Source: Candidatus Latescibacterota bacterium (GTDB lineage Bacteria; Latescibacterota; UBA2968; UBA8231). From it: a DNA stretch of 64,000 nt. The stretch lies in contig OZ252098.1 of NCBI GenBank assembly GCA_965248355.1, positions 1,984,001 to 2,048,000 on the forward strand, written 5' to 3'. Position 1 is the first letter of the stretch. The number at the start of each line of letters is the position of its first letter. Both the position numbers and the translations under genes were made by a program. The notes below the pieces were generated by a model that was not told the DNA's origin, ran no database searches, and saw only the letters and a list, made by a program, of their open reading frames with translations. Positions 39,733-48,656 of this stretch are shown here, piece by piece.

Positions 39733-39762
39733 AAACTACATATAGGCTCCCGCGATTGTCAA
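39733..39762 (-). promoter_or_regulatory. Putative strong sigma70 promoter of the lipoprotein gene
   Basis: Consensus TTGACA-N18-TAGTTT. Confidence 0.6.
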
Positions 39763-39783
39763 GCCAAAAGCCGGAACCGTCGT

Positions 39784-40068
39784 CTAGCCGTCGGTCGGCG
39801 TCGAGGCCATCCGTTGCCGGCCTCCCTCCACCTCGGATTCGGGTCGTTTTGGGCGCTCGCCAGCGGGCTCCGGGCGGGCCGAATCCTCCTGGCGTCTCTT
39901 CGCCAACTCCCTGCGGGCGGCTTCCATGCGGTCTCGAAGCTGCTCGCCCGAGCTTCGGGCACTCTCCAGTCGCGGCTCCAGGGCTCGGCGGTAGCGCAAG
40001 TAGTCGACGACGACCTGCGCGGCGATGAACAGACAGCCCACCGCGAGCAAGGCGGTTACCCATTCCAT
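39784..40068 (-). CDS. Small hypothetical protein, N-terminal TM plus coiled-coil
   Basis: 94 aa, hydrophobic N-terminus then a charged helix; 4 nt downstream of the preceding gene. Confidence 0.55.
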   Translation of the reverse strand: MEWVTALLAVGCLFIAAQVVVDYLRYRRALEPRLESARSSGEQLRDRMEAARRELAKRRQEDSARPEPAGERPKRPESEVEGGRQRMASTPTDG

Positions 40069-40072
40069 CGGT

Positions 40073-40288
40073 TTACCGGTCCTCCCACGCGTCGATCACC
40101 TCCGGCTCGCCGCCATCCTCGTCTTCACCCCCGTCATCACCCTCGTCGTACACCCAGCCGCAGGACCGGCACAGGGGACCTTCCCCCCTGGGAGAGCCGC
40201 ACTCCGGGCATCGCGCCTGCCGTGGAACCAGGTAGTAGACGACGACGACCACGATGAGAAGGGCGGCGAAGGCGGCTGAGACCAGCAC
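40073..40288 (-). CDS. Small membrane protein with CxxC-CxxC zinc ribbon and acidic tail
   Basis: TM helix, CPECG...CRSCG, DEGDDGGEDEDG. Confidence 0.6.
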   Translation of the reverse strand: MLVSAAFAALLIVVVVVYYLVPRQARCPECGSPRGEGPLCRSCGWVYDEGDDGGEDEDGGEPEVIDAWEDR

Positions 40289-40404
40289 GACGCGGGAATC
40301 ACTATTGGGTAGAGGCGGTCGGCCGCCGTCTCCGGGGAGGCGGGGACGGTCCGGCGGCGCGGAGGGATCCGGGATTTGACGGGAAGAACGGGGCGGGGGC
40401 GGTA

Positions 40405-40434
40405 AATATACCCGCGCGGCCCTCGGAGCGTCAA
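40405..40434 (-). promoter_or_regulatory. Putative sigma70 promoter for the two small genes
   Basis: TTGACG-N18-TATATT. Confidence 0.55.
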
Positions 40435-40468
40435 GCAGCAGACCGCCGCGGCCCCCGCAAGAGGCGTC

Positions 40469-41320
40469 TCAGGAGCGCCGACGACGACTGACTCTGCGGA
40501 TCTCGCGGCGCCGCCGCCAGCGGCTGGGCTTGAGACGCTGGCTGCGCCCCAGGGGGACCAGGATGGCGCCCTCCCGGGCCAGCTCCTCGAGGACATCGTT
40601 GAGCAGGTCGGGACGGTTTGTGGCCACGCCCTGCACCCCCATCTGGACCACGTCCCGCAGGACCACCTCCTCGTCCACGGTCCAGGTCCAGACCGTCAGT
40701 CCGCGCTTGCGCACCTCCTCGAAGAAGGCGGGGGTCAGCGTCGCGTGCCAGATGTTGAGGATGTTGGCGCCCAGGGAGAGGACCTCGCGGACCATGCGCC
40801 GGGCCCGCATCCGGGAGGGAGAGGTGGGCAGGTTGCCCACAAGCAGAGCCGTGGGAGCGGCCGGATCGATCGCCTTCACCCGCCGGAGGGTCTCGGAGGA
40901 AAACGACTGGATGACGACCTGGTCCGCCACGACCAGATCGTCCACGACGCGCAGGACCGCCTCGGCCAGGTGGTCGGCCTTGATCTCGATCACCACCAGG
41001 GCCCGGCGCCGCATCAGGTCGAGGACCTCGGCCAGGATCGGCACCTTCTGGCCGACGAACTCCGGGCCGAACCAGCCGCCGGCATCCGCCTCGCGGACCT
41101 GCTCCAGGGACATCTCGTGCACCGGCCCCTCGCGGTCGGTGGTGCGGTCCAGGAGCGGATCGTGGAACACGACGAGGGCGCCGTCTCGGGTGGAGCGCAC
41201 GTCGAGCTCCACGGCGTCCACCCCGACCTGGATGGCGCGCTCGAAGGCGGCCAGCGTGTTCTCCGGAGCCAGACCGGCGCCCGAGGCCCCGCGGTGGGCG
41301 ATGCGCACGGGATGAATCAT
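40469..41320 (-). CDS. Glycerophosphodiester phosphodiesterase
   Basis: IAHRGAS, PENTLAAF, ELDV..TRDG..VVFHD, EIK, SF, WTVD and TNRP motifs. Confidence 0.93.
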   Translation of the reverse strand: MIHPVRIAHRGASGAGLAPENTLAAFERAIQVGVDAVELDVRSTRDGALVVFHDPLLDRTTDREGPVHEMSLEQVREADAGGWFGPEFVGQKVPILAEVLDLMRRRALVVIEIKADHLAEAVLRVVDDLVVADQVVIQSFSSETLRRVKAIDPAAPTALLVGNLPTSPSRMRARRMVREVLSLGANILNIWHATLTPAFFEEVRKRGLTVWTWTVDEEVVLRDVVQMGVQGVATNRPDLLNDVLEELAREGAILVPLGRSQRLKPSRWRRRREIRRVSRRRRS

Positions 41321-41342
41321 CGCGCTCCCGGCCGGCCCCGGC

Positions 41343-42557
41343 CTAGGCGCCGAACTTGGCCAGGCGCCCGGCGTGGGCCAGGGCCAGAGCCATCAGTTCG
41401 GTGGACGGGATCCGTCCGAGGCTGCCGCCGGCGCAGCCCCGTTCGGTCATGCGGGTCCCGGCGACCGGGAACCCCGGCTCGCTGAGGATCAGGGTCGGCA
41501 CCGGGTGCCAGCTGTGGCGGCCCATGCGCGAGGGAGTCGAGTGGTCGCCGGTGACAACCAGGACCTCGGGCTCCAGGTCGAGAAGGCGGGGCAGGTGCCC
41601 GTCGACCTCCTCCAGCAGGGCCACCTTGCCATCGAAGTCGCCGTCCTCGCCGGCGCTGTCCGTCCTCTTGCTGTGGATGTAGTAAAAGTCCTCGGGCCCC
41701 GTCCGCCACCGCGCCGTCAGCAGGTCGAGCTGGGCGTCGAGCTGCCTGTCGCAGTCGGGTGTGTCCATGCCCACGGCGCGAGCGAGGCCGCGGTACATGG
41801 GGTAGCCTGCGAGGCCCACCGGATCGAGGCCGTAGACCTCCTGCATCGAAGGCAGCTCGGGGTACCGGCCGAAGCCCCGGATCAGCACCATGTTGGCCGG
41901 GCTCTGGCCGGCCAGGAACTCCCCGGCCCGGGCGACAAAGGAATCGGCCACCTCGACCATGCGCTCGTCCTCGCGGGAGGCCGCCCGCAGCGGCAGCGGC
42001 GCTCTCCCGGTCACCTGGGGGTCCGAGTCGCTGACCCCGTCGGAGAGCCCCTCACCGCGGAACAGGACCGCGGCCCGGTACTCCATCTCCGGGGCCACGG
42101 TCACCTCGACGCCGGGGATGTCGACCCCGGCGAGCAGGGCGCACAGCCGCCGGCAGGTCTCGGTGGGGATCCGCCCCGCCCGCCGGTCGGTGACCGCTCC
42201 GCTGGCGTCGACGGTGCAGAAGTTCAGGCGAGCCGCCACGTCTCCCGGACGGAAGTCGAGGCCCAGACCGAGGCAGGACAGGGCGCCGCGGCCGATCCTC
42301 CTGACCCACGGGTCGTACCCGAACAGGGCCAGGTGCGCCGGTCCGCTGCCCGGCGTGAACCCGGCGCCCAGAGGCGAATGGAGACCGCAGCTGGCGCGCC
42401 CGCACAACCGGTCGAGGTTGGGCAGCGAGGCGGTCTCCAGCTCGCTCAGGCCGGTCTCGGGGTGGGGCAGACCGCCGAGGCCGTCGACGACCAGCAGGAC
42501 GATGCGCGCCCCGGAGCCGGTCACGAACAGCTCCCGGGTGAGATCGGAGCTGATCAC
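41343..42557 (-). CDS. apgM: 2,3-bisphosphoglycerate-independent phosphoglycerate mutase (ApgM type)
   Basis: DGLGG, PGSGPAHLALFGYDP, DRRAGRI, TGDHSTP and HSWHPVP motifs. Confidence 0.92.
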   Translation of the reverse strand: MISSDLTRELFVTGSGARIVLLVVDGLGGLPHPETGLSELETASLPNLDRLCGRASCGLHSPLGAGFTPGSGPAHLALFGYDPWVRRIGRGALSCLGLGLDFRPGDVAARLNFCTVDASGAVTDRRAGRIPTETCRRLCALLAGVDIPGVEVTVAPEMEYRAAVLFRGEGLSDGVSDSDPQVTGRAPLPLRAASREDERMVEVADSFVARAGEFLAGQSPANMVLIRGFGRYPELPSMQEVYGLDPVGLAGYPMYRGLARAVGMDTPDCDRQLDAQLDLLTARWRTGPEDFYYIHSKRTDSAGEDGDFDGKVALLEEVDGHLPRLLDLEPEVLVVTGDHSTPSRMGRHSWHPVPTLILSEPGFPVAGTRMTERGCAGGSLGRIPSTELMALALAHAGRLAKFGA

Positions 42558-44290
42558 GGGGTCTCCGCGTCGAGCGCCGCCGAAGCCACACCCTCGGCCG
42601 GGCCGCCGGAGAGCTCGCACCCGGCCGCCGAAGCCATGTCGCGGATCACCATCTGCACCGTGCCCATCCCGTTGAAGGTGTCCTCCGACAGCTCGTAGGC
42701 CACGTCCAGGCGTTGCCCCGCTTCCAGGTCGCCGGCCAGGGACCCATGGCGCCACCACACGCCCGGCCGCACGCCTTCCGCCTTGAAGGCCACCTTGAGG
42801 TGCTCTCCCTCCTTGCCGACGCGGCTCCTGCTGTCCAGCTCGAGATCCCGCGTCAGGAACAGGGGCACCGGGTTTCCCTGGCCGAAGGGCTCCAGGCGGC
42901 GCAGGATTTCGACCGTGGCCATGTCGATGTCCGACGCCCGCAACTCCAGGTCGACGTCGAGATGGGCCTCGAGATCCGCCGGCGTCAGCTCGGCGCCGGC
43001 ATGATCGATCAGGCTCGCCCGGAACTCCTCGAAGGCCTCGGCGGGCAGGGAGAACCCGGCGGCGCCGGCGTGGCCCCCGTAGGTCGTCAGGAAGCGCGAG
43101 CAGTGGCGCAGGCCGTCGTTCATGTCGTAGGGGGGGATGCTGCGCGCCGATCCGACGTAGAGTCCGTTGCGCTGCACGTCGGTGAGGACCACGGCGGGCC
43201 TGTAGAACGTCTCCGCCAGGTTGCTGGCGATCAGGCCGATGACGCCGAGGTCCCACTCCTCGCCGAGGACGCAGAGCAGGCGCTCGCGCTCGAGCTGGTC
43301 CTCGGAGACCAGGGACCGGGCCTCCCTGACCCCCTCCTTCTGCAGTTGCTGCCGCCGGAGGTTGAGCTCGTTGAGCTGCCCGGCCAGCAGGCGGCCCTTC
43401 TCGTGGTCCTCGGCGCGCAGCAGGTCGAGAGCCAGGTCCGGCTTCTTCAGGCGGCCGGCGACGTTCAGGCGGGGGCCCAGGTAGAAGGCCAGGGCGGTGC
43501 TGTCGACCCGCCCGCGGGGGCAGCGGGCGGCGATGCGCAGTTCCTGCAGGCCGGGCCGGGCGCTGCGCTCGATGGCCTTGAGACCGTGGCGCACGAGCAC
43601 CCGGTTCTCGCCGAGGAGGGGGACCATGTCGGCCACCGTTCCGAGGGCGACGAGGTCGAGCAGATCGTTCAGGTAGCGGCGGCGCTCGCCGGACTCGAGA
43701 AGGGACTCGCTCAGTCGCTGTACGACCTTGAAGGTCACACCCACGCCGGCCAGACCCTTGAAGGGGTAGCCGCAGTCCCGGCGGTTGGGGTTGATGATGC
43801 TGTGCGCCGGCGGCAGCTCCTCGTTCTGCCGGTGGTGGTCGATGACGACCACGTCCAGGCCTTCGTCCCGGGCCAGCTCCAGGGCCTCGAAGGCGGAGAT
43901 GCCGTTGTCCACGGTCACCACGAGGTCGGCGCCGAGGCCCAGGGCCTTCTGCACCCCGGGCGGCTTCAGGCCGTAGCCGTCGGTGCGGCGGTCCGGGAGC
44001 AGGGCGTGGACCCTCGCGTTCACCCGCTCGAGGAAGTCGAGGAGCAGGGCCGTGCTGCTGATGCCGTCCACGTCGTAGTCCCCGTAGACGACGATCGTCT
44101 CGTCGCGGCGCGCGGCGCGCTCGATGCGCTCGGCGCCGCGGTCCAGGTCGGTGAGCAGCTCCGGACGGTGCAGCCCTTCCGGGCCCACGTCGAGATCGGC
44201 GAGGCGCAGCCCGCGGCTGGCGAGGAGGACATCGAGCAGGGCGCCGTATTCCCCCTCGTGGGCCAGACGCCACACCGGGTAGGTACGCAA
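42554..44290 (-). CDS. recJ: Single-stranded DNA exonuclease RecJ
   Basis: YGDYDVDG, TVDNGI, IDHH, LGTVAD, GPRLN.AGRL, GSARS, GGH..AAG and LEPFG.GNP motifs. Confidence 0.96.
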   Translation of the reverse strand: MRTYPVWRLAHEGEYGALLDVLLASRGLRLADLDVGPEGLHRPELLTDLDRGAERIERAARRDETIVVYGDYDVDGISSTALLLDFLERVNARVHALLPDRRTDGYGLKPPGVQKALGLGADLVVTVDNGISAFEALELARDEGLDVVVIDHHRQNEELPPAHSIINPNRRDCGYPFKGLAGVGVTFKVVQRLSESLLESGERRRYLNDLLDLVALGTVADMVPLLGENRVLVRHGLKAIERSARPGLQELRIAARCPRGRVDSTALAFYLGPRLNVAGRLKKPDLALDLLRAEDHEKGRLLAGQLNELNLRRQQLQKEGVREARSLVSEDQLERERLLCVLGEEWDLGVIGLIASNLAETFYRPAVVLTDVQRNGLYVGSARSIPPYDMNDGLRHCSRFLTTYGGHAGAAGFSLPAEAFEEFRASLIDHAGAELTPADLEAHLDVDLELRASDIDMATVEILRRLEPFGQGNPVPLFLTRDLELDSRSRVGKEGEHLKVAFKAEGVRPGVWWRHGSLAGDLEAGQRLDVAYELSEDTFNGMGTVQMVIRDMASAAGCELSGGPAEGVASAALDAETP

Positions 44291-44365
44291 GATGACTTCT
44301 GCGGTCGGGTCGGGAGGTAGAGAGCCCGTGACACCACGGACGCCCTCTGGGGGGGAGAGTTGGCC

Positions 44366-44393
44366 AATATAGCCGGGGCCCCGACTTGGTCAA
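44366..44393 (-). promoter_or_regulatory. Putative sigma70 promoter of the recJ-apgM-GDPD operon
   Basis: TTGACC-N16-TATATT. Confidence 0.45.
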
Positions 44394-44472
44394 GGTCCCC
44401 CTTGCGCCCCCCGGAGGCTTTGCCGCATCCGACCCCGGCTCTACCTTTGGCCGGGGTGACGGCCCTTTCGAG

Positions 44473-45816
44473 ATGATGAAGACGGACCCGGCCCGGGCCG
44501 AGGCGTTGCGCCTTCTGGACGAGGTCGAGGCAGGCCGCCGGCTCGCCCCCCTCCTCGAGAGCCTGGCGGGCCCCTTCGACGGGCGTGACCGCCGTTTCGT
44601 CCGCCAGCTCGCGGCGGGGGTACTGCAGTGGCGGGGCCGCCTCGACTGGATCCTGACGGCTTTCTCGAACCGTCCCCTCGACACCCTCTCCCCCGGAGTC
44701 CGCCAGATCCTGCGCCTCGGCGCCTATCAACTGCTATGGCTGGATCGGGTTCCCCCGGCCGCCGCCGTGAACACCGCCGTCGACCTGGCCCGCCAGCGCG
44801 GCCACCCGGGCTCGGCCGGCTTCGTGAACGCCGTCCTGAGGCGGGTGTCGGCGGAGGGCGCCCGCGTGGCCTACCCGAACCCCACCGACGATCCGGAGAA
44901 GTACCTGTCCGTGTACCATTCTCACCCGCGCTGGCTCGTGGGCCGCTGGCTGGCGCGCTGGGGACCGGCCCGCACCGAGGCCATGCTGCAGGCCAACAAC
45001 GAGCCGCCGCCGCTCTTCGTGCGTCCCGACCCGCGGTACGGGAGCGCCCACCGGCTCGTCGAGTCCCTGCCGGAGAGCCTGGGCGCCGCGGTCGTGGAAC
45101 TCCGCCCGGAGGCCTGCGAGCTCCGGCGGCCCGAGGGCTTCTTCGACTCGGAAGCCTTTCTCGAGGGGCGCTGCTTCGTGCAGGACCTCAACGCCGGACT
45201 GGCCGTGGAGCTGCTGGCGCCGCGGCCCGGGGATCGCGTCCTGGACGCCTGCGCCGCCCCTGGGGGCAAGGCCGTGCAACTCGCCCTCGCCGTCGACCCC
45301 GGCCGAGTCGCGGCGGGAGACCTGTCCCGGAGCCGTCTGCGGCGTCTGCGCGAGAACGCCGGCCGCCTGCGGCTGGGGGGGATTCGGGCCTTCGTCGGCG
45401 ACGCCGCCGCCGGAGCCCACCCGGAGGGCGTCTTCGATCGGGTCCTGGTGGACGCGCCCTGCAGCGGCACCGGCGTCCTGCGGCGTCAGCCGGAGGCGCG
45501 CTGGCGCAAGTCGGAGTCCGACCTGGCGCGGCAATCACACCGGCAGTCGGCCATTCTCGAGTCGGCCTTCCAGGCCCTGAGGCCCGGAGGCCGGCTCGTG
45601 TACAGCACCTGCTCCCTCGAGGACGAGGAGAACGACGCCGTCGTCGACCGCCTGCTGGCCCGCAGGGCCGACGCCCGCCTCGAGCCGGCCTCACAGCGGT
45701 TCCCCGGAGTGCCCTGGGCGGCGCGCACCGTTCAGACGCTTCCCGGCCGGGAGCCCGGGGACGGCGCCTTCGCCGCCCTGATCCGGAAGCTGGGCTCCCC
45801 GGGAAGGGTCCCGTGA
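44473..45816 (+). CDS. rsmB: 16S rRNA m5C967 methyltransferase RsmB/Sun
   Basis: NusB-like N-domain (LRLGAYQL, FVNAVLR), DACAAPGGK, DAPCSGTG and YSTCS motifs. Confidence 0.93.
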   Translation: MMKTDPARAEALRLLDEVEAGRRLAPLLESLAGPFDGRDRRFVRQLAAGVLQWRGRLDWILTAFSNRPLDTLSPGVRQILRLGAYQLLWLDRVPPAAAVNTAVDLARQRGHPGSAGFVNAVLRRVSAEGARVAYPNPTDDPEKYLSVYHSHPRWLVGRWLARWGPARTEAMLQANNEPPPLFVRPDPRYGSAHRLVESLPESLGAAVVELRPEACELRRPEGFFDSEAFLEGRCFVQDLNAGLAVELLAPRPGDRVLDACAAPGGKAVQLALAVDPGRVAAGDLSRSRLRRLRENAGRLRLGGIRAFVGDAAAGAHPEGVFDRVLVDAPCSGTGVLRRQPEARWRKSESDLARQSHRQSAILESAFQALRPGGRLVYSTCSLEDEENDAVVDRLLARRADARLEPASQRFPGVPWAARTVQTLPGREPGDGAFAALIRKLGSPGRVP

Positions 45817-46544
45817 AGCCGCTCCTGCGCACCCTGGGGACGGGCGCGGCCGTGGCCGGCGGGACCGCGTTCCTGTTCCTGGTAGCCCTCGATCACCTGA
45901 TCATGCCGCAGATCGTCCAGGTGCCCATGGTCACCGTGCCCGACGTGCGCGGCCGGACCGCGGAGGAGGCCCGCCGGCGCGTGGCCGGCGAGGGACTGCG
46001 TCTGGCCCTGCGGGACAGCGTGTTCTCGGAATCGGCGGCCATCGGCCGGATCGTGGACCAGGCGCCGCGGACCGGCGAGCGGATCAAGCGGGCCCGGCGG
46101 GTCTTCGTCGACGTCAGCCGAGGTCCGCGGCTCTACCCGGTGCCCGACGTCACGGGCGGCAGCGAACGGGAGGCGGGCCTGAAGATCCAGGGCGGCCAGT
46201 TGAGACCCGGCCCCGTCGAGTACGCCTCGTCCAGCAACTTTCCGGAAGGAGTGGTCATCCGGCAGCGCCCCGCCGCCGGCGAGCGCGTGGCCCGCGGATC
46301 GGTCGTGCATCTGGTGGTCAGCAGCGGCTCCCCCTCCTCCCCCAAGCGCGTCCCCGATCTGGTGGGCCTGTCGATCGCGGTCGTCGGGGACAGCCTGCGC
46401 AAGTACGAGATGACCCTCGGCGCCGTCCGTGAGCGAGCCGACCCGCTTCCGGCCGGTCAGGTGCTGTCCCAGACGCCCGAAAGAGGCGCCCGCGTCCCCC
46501 GCCACACGGCCGTCGAGGTGGTCGTGAGCGCCCAGCCCCCATGA
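45813..46544 (+). CDS. Membrane-anchored protein with three PASTA domains
   Basis: TM, then VPDVRG, VPDVTG and VPDLVG repeats, each with Q.P..G. Confidence 0.88.
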   Translation: MKPLLRTLGTGAAVAGGTAFLFLVALDHLIMPQIVQVPMVTVPDVRGRTAEEARRRVAGEGLRLALRDSVFSESAAIGRIVDQAPRTGERIKRARRVFVDVSRGPRLYPVPDVTGGSEREAGLKIQGGQLRPGPVEYASSSNFPEGVVIRQRPAAGERVARGSVVHLVVSSGSPSSPKRVPDLVGLSIAVVGDSLRKYEMTLGAVRERADPLPAGQVLSQTPERGARVPRHTAVEVVVSAQPP

Positions 46545-47200
46545 GCGGAATCTCCGTCGCCCCCTCTCTTCTGGCCGCCGACTTCGCGCGCCTCGAGACC
46601 GAGATCGAGCGTGTGGAGGCGGCCGGCGCCGACTTCCTGCACCTGGACATCATGGACGGGCACTTCGTCCCCAACCTCAGCTACGGCATTCCCGTGGTGG
46701 AGGCCGTGCGCCGGTGCACGCGCCTGCGCCTGGACACCCACCTGATGCTCTCCGACCCCGGCGCCTACCTGGAGGCCTTCGCCCGGGCCGGGGCCGACTC
46801 CCTCACCGTGCACGTGGAGATCGACGCCGATCCCGCCCGGCTGCTGGCCGAGATCGGCCGCCTCGGTCTCGGCCGGGGGCTGGCCGTCAACCCCGGCACG
46901 CCCGTGGACCCTCTGCTGCCGCACCTGGAGAGCCTGGACCTGATCCTCGTCATGTCCGTGGAGCCCGGCTTCGGCGGCCAGTCCTTCTTGCCCGGGGTGC
47001 TCGACAAGGTGCGCGCCTTGCGCGGGATCCTGGCCGGGCGCGGCCTGGAGGTGCCCATCGAGATCGACGGCGGCGTCGGTCCCGGCAACGCGGCCGACTG
47101 CCGCCGGGCGGGGGCCTCCTGGCTGGTGGCCGGGTCGTCCGTCTTCGGCGCTGCGGACCCGGCCGAGGCCATCCGCCGGATCCGCGGAGACGAGCGCTGA
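46541..47200 (+). CDS. rpe: Ribulose-phosphate 3-epimerase
   Basis: APSLLAADF, HLDIMDGHFVPN, MSVEPGFGGQ and IDGG motifs. Confidence 0.97.
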   Translation: MSGISVAPSLLAADFARLETEIERVEAAGADFLHLDIMDGHFVPNLSYGIPVVEAVRRCTRLRLDTHLMLSDPGAYLEAFARAGADSLTVHVEIDADPARLLAEIGRLGLGRGLAVNPGTPVDPLLPHLESLDLILVMSVEPGFGGQSFLPGVLDKVRALRGILAGRGLEVPIEIDGGVGPGNAADCRRAGASWLVAGSSVFGAADPAEAIRRIRGDER

Positions 47201-47246
47201 GCGACCCCCCTCTCCCGACCGGGCGACCCCGGCGGGAGCCGGGCCC

Positions 47247-48656
47247 TCAGGGGCGAGAGACCCGTGGGGTCGGCTCGCCCGCGGCAGGTTGCTCCCGCGG
47301 CTCCAACCGCATGGGCATGAGCAGGGCGCTGTGCCGGCCGTCCCGCACGTCGAAGTGGAGGGCCGGGAGGGCGCCGGTCCCGGGGCGGATCCGGATCTCA
47401 TCGCCGGCCTCGGCCAGGGCCGCCACGACCGTCTTCAGCAGATCGTGGTTGACCCCCACACGAAAGCGATCGGCCGCCGCAGGCGCCACCCGGACCGGGC
47501 AGGCCACCGCGTGGGTCCATTCAGGCTCCTCTGCATCCAGGTTCGGCGCGTCTTCCTCGACGCGGGAGAATCCCTGGTCCCGGCTCGTGCGCAGCGTGAG
47601 CCGGCTCTCCGTGCCCGACAGGCGTATCTCCACGAGGGGGTTGTAGATCCATCCCGGGCTCTCGACCCGGTGCCGGGGACTCAGGTACGGCTCGATCCCT
47701 TCCACGCACGCCATCAGCTCTGCGGCCTCCGCGACCACCGAGACGGATCCGGGCGGGTGAAGGCCCACGGCCTCCTCGTAGCGCAAGTAGGGGCCGGGGT
47801 GGATGGGGAACGTCGTGCTGACGCCGTCCCGCGTCTTCAGGGTGGCCTCCTCCTCGTCGATCACCAGTGTGGCTCCCTCCGCCTCCGGGACCGCCTCGGA
47901 GGCCACCGACTCCAGGACCACCGGGGCGGCCAGGGAGGCCAGACCCCGACTCGACCAGCTCAGAAGGCGTGCGCCGTCGCAGGCAACCATGCGGCCCCCC
48001 GCGTCCAGGCAGACGCACCGCAGGATGCGCCGGTGATCCCTGCCCTGAAAGCGGGCCAGGTGACGCAATCCGGTCAGGTCGGCGGCGGTCAGTTCGTAGC
48101 TCTGCGAGAAGCTTGACTCCGGCATGGCGATGATCTCCTTGTGCAGTCGTGATCGGGCTTTCTGCAGACGGCTGCGGACCGTCTCCGTCCTCAGGTCGAG
48201 CAGCAGGGCCGTCTGACGGTAGGAGTAGCCCTTCAGGTAGTGGTGGACGATCACGTCCCGGTGGGCGTCGCCGAGCCGCCCCAGGGCCTCTCGCAGGAGG
48301 CTGCGGATGCGCTTCTCCTCCCGTCCGTGCACCGGGGCCGCCGCCGACTCCACTTCGAACCGCTCGAGCAGGTCGAGTTGTGCGAGCCGGCGCCGATGCC
48401 ACATGCGCACGTGGTTGTCGGCGATCGACCGCAGCCAGGCGGGGAAGCGGCCGGGACTCCGCAACGTGGCCATCCCCTCCCAGGCCGCCAGGAAGACCTC
48501 CTGCAGCAGGTCCTCGGCCGTATCCCGGGAACCGAGCCTCGACGAGATCCGCGCCAGCAGCCAGCCCGCGTGCCCCTCCACCAGACGGCCGAAGACTTCG
48601 GCGTCTCCCGAGGTGGCCGCGGTCACCTGGTCCTTCTCATCCCGGTCCATGATCAC
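47247..48656 (-). CDS. ECF sigma factor fused to a DNA polymerase III beta-clamp-like (domains II+III) C-terminal region
   Basis: Sigma2 (AEDLLQEVFL.AW, F.AWL..IA.N), sigma4 (GYSY...A..L.....TVRSRL..AR..L), then DnaN-like R.IL, VACDGARL, GPYLRY, VGVN..LL and LLMPMRL. Confidence 0.85.
   Translation of the reverse strand: MIMDRDEKDQVTAATSGDAEVFGRLVEGHAGWLLARISSRLGSRDTAEDLLQEVFLAAWEGMATLRSPGRFPAWLRSIADNHVRMWHRRRLAQLDLLERFEVESAAAPVHGREEKRIRSLLREALGRLGDAHRDVIVHHYLKGYSYRQTALLLDLRTETVRSRLQKARSRLHKEIIAMPESSFSQSYELTAADLTGLRHLARFQGRDHRRILRCVCLDAGGRMVACDGARLLSWSSRGLASLAAPVVLESVASEAVPEAEGATLVIDEEEATLKTRDGVSTTFPIHPGPYLRYEEAVGLHPPGSVSVVAEAAELMACVEGIEPYLSPRHRVESPGWIYNPLVEIRLSGTESRLTLRTSRDQGFSRVEEDAPNLDAEEPEWTHAVACPVRVAPAAADRFRVGVNHDLLKTVVAALAEAGDEIRIRPGTGALPALHFDVRDGRHSALLMPMRLEPREQPAAGEPTPRVSRP

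Noticed and set aside
40376..40408. Plus-strand TTGACG...TAAATA promoter
   Set aside because: The spacer is 21 nt and there is no plus-strand gene downstream
47247..48125. Clamp-like region as the genome's true dnaN
   Set aside because: It lacks domain I, is highly diverged, is fused to a sigma factor and is not in a dnaA-recF-gyrB context
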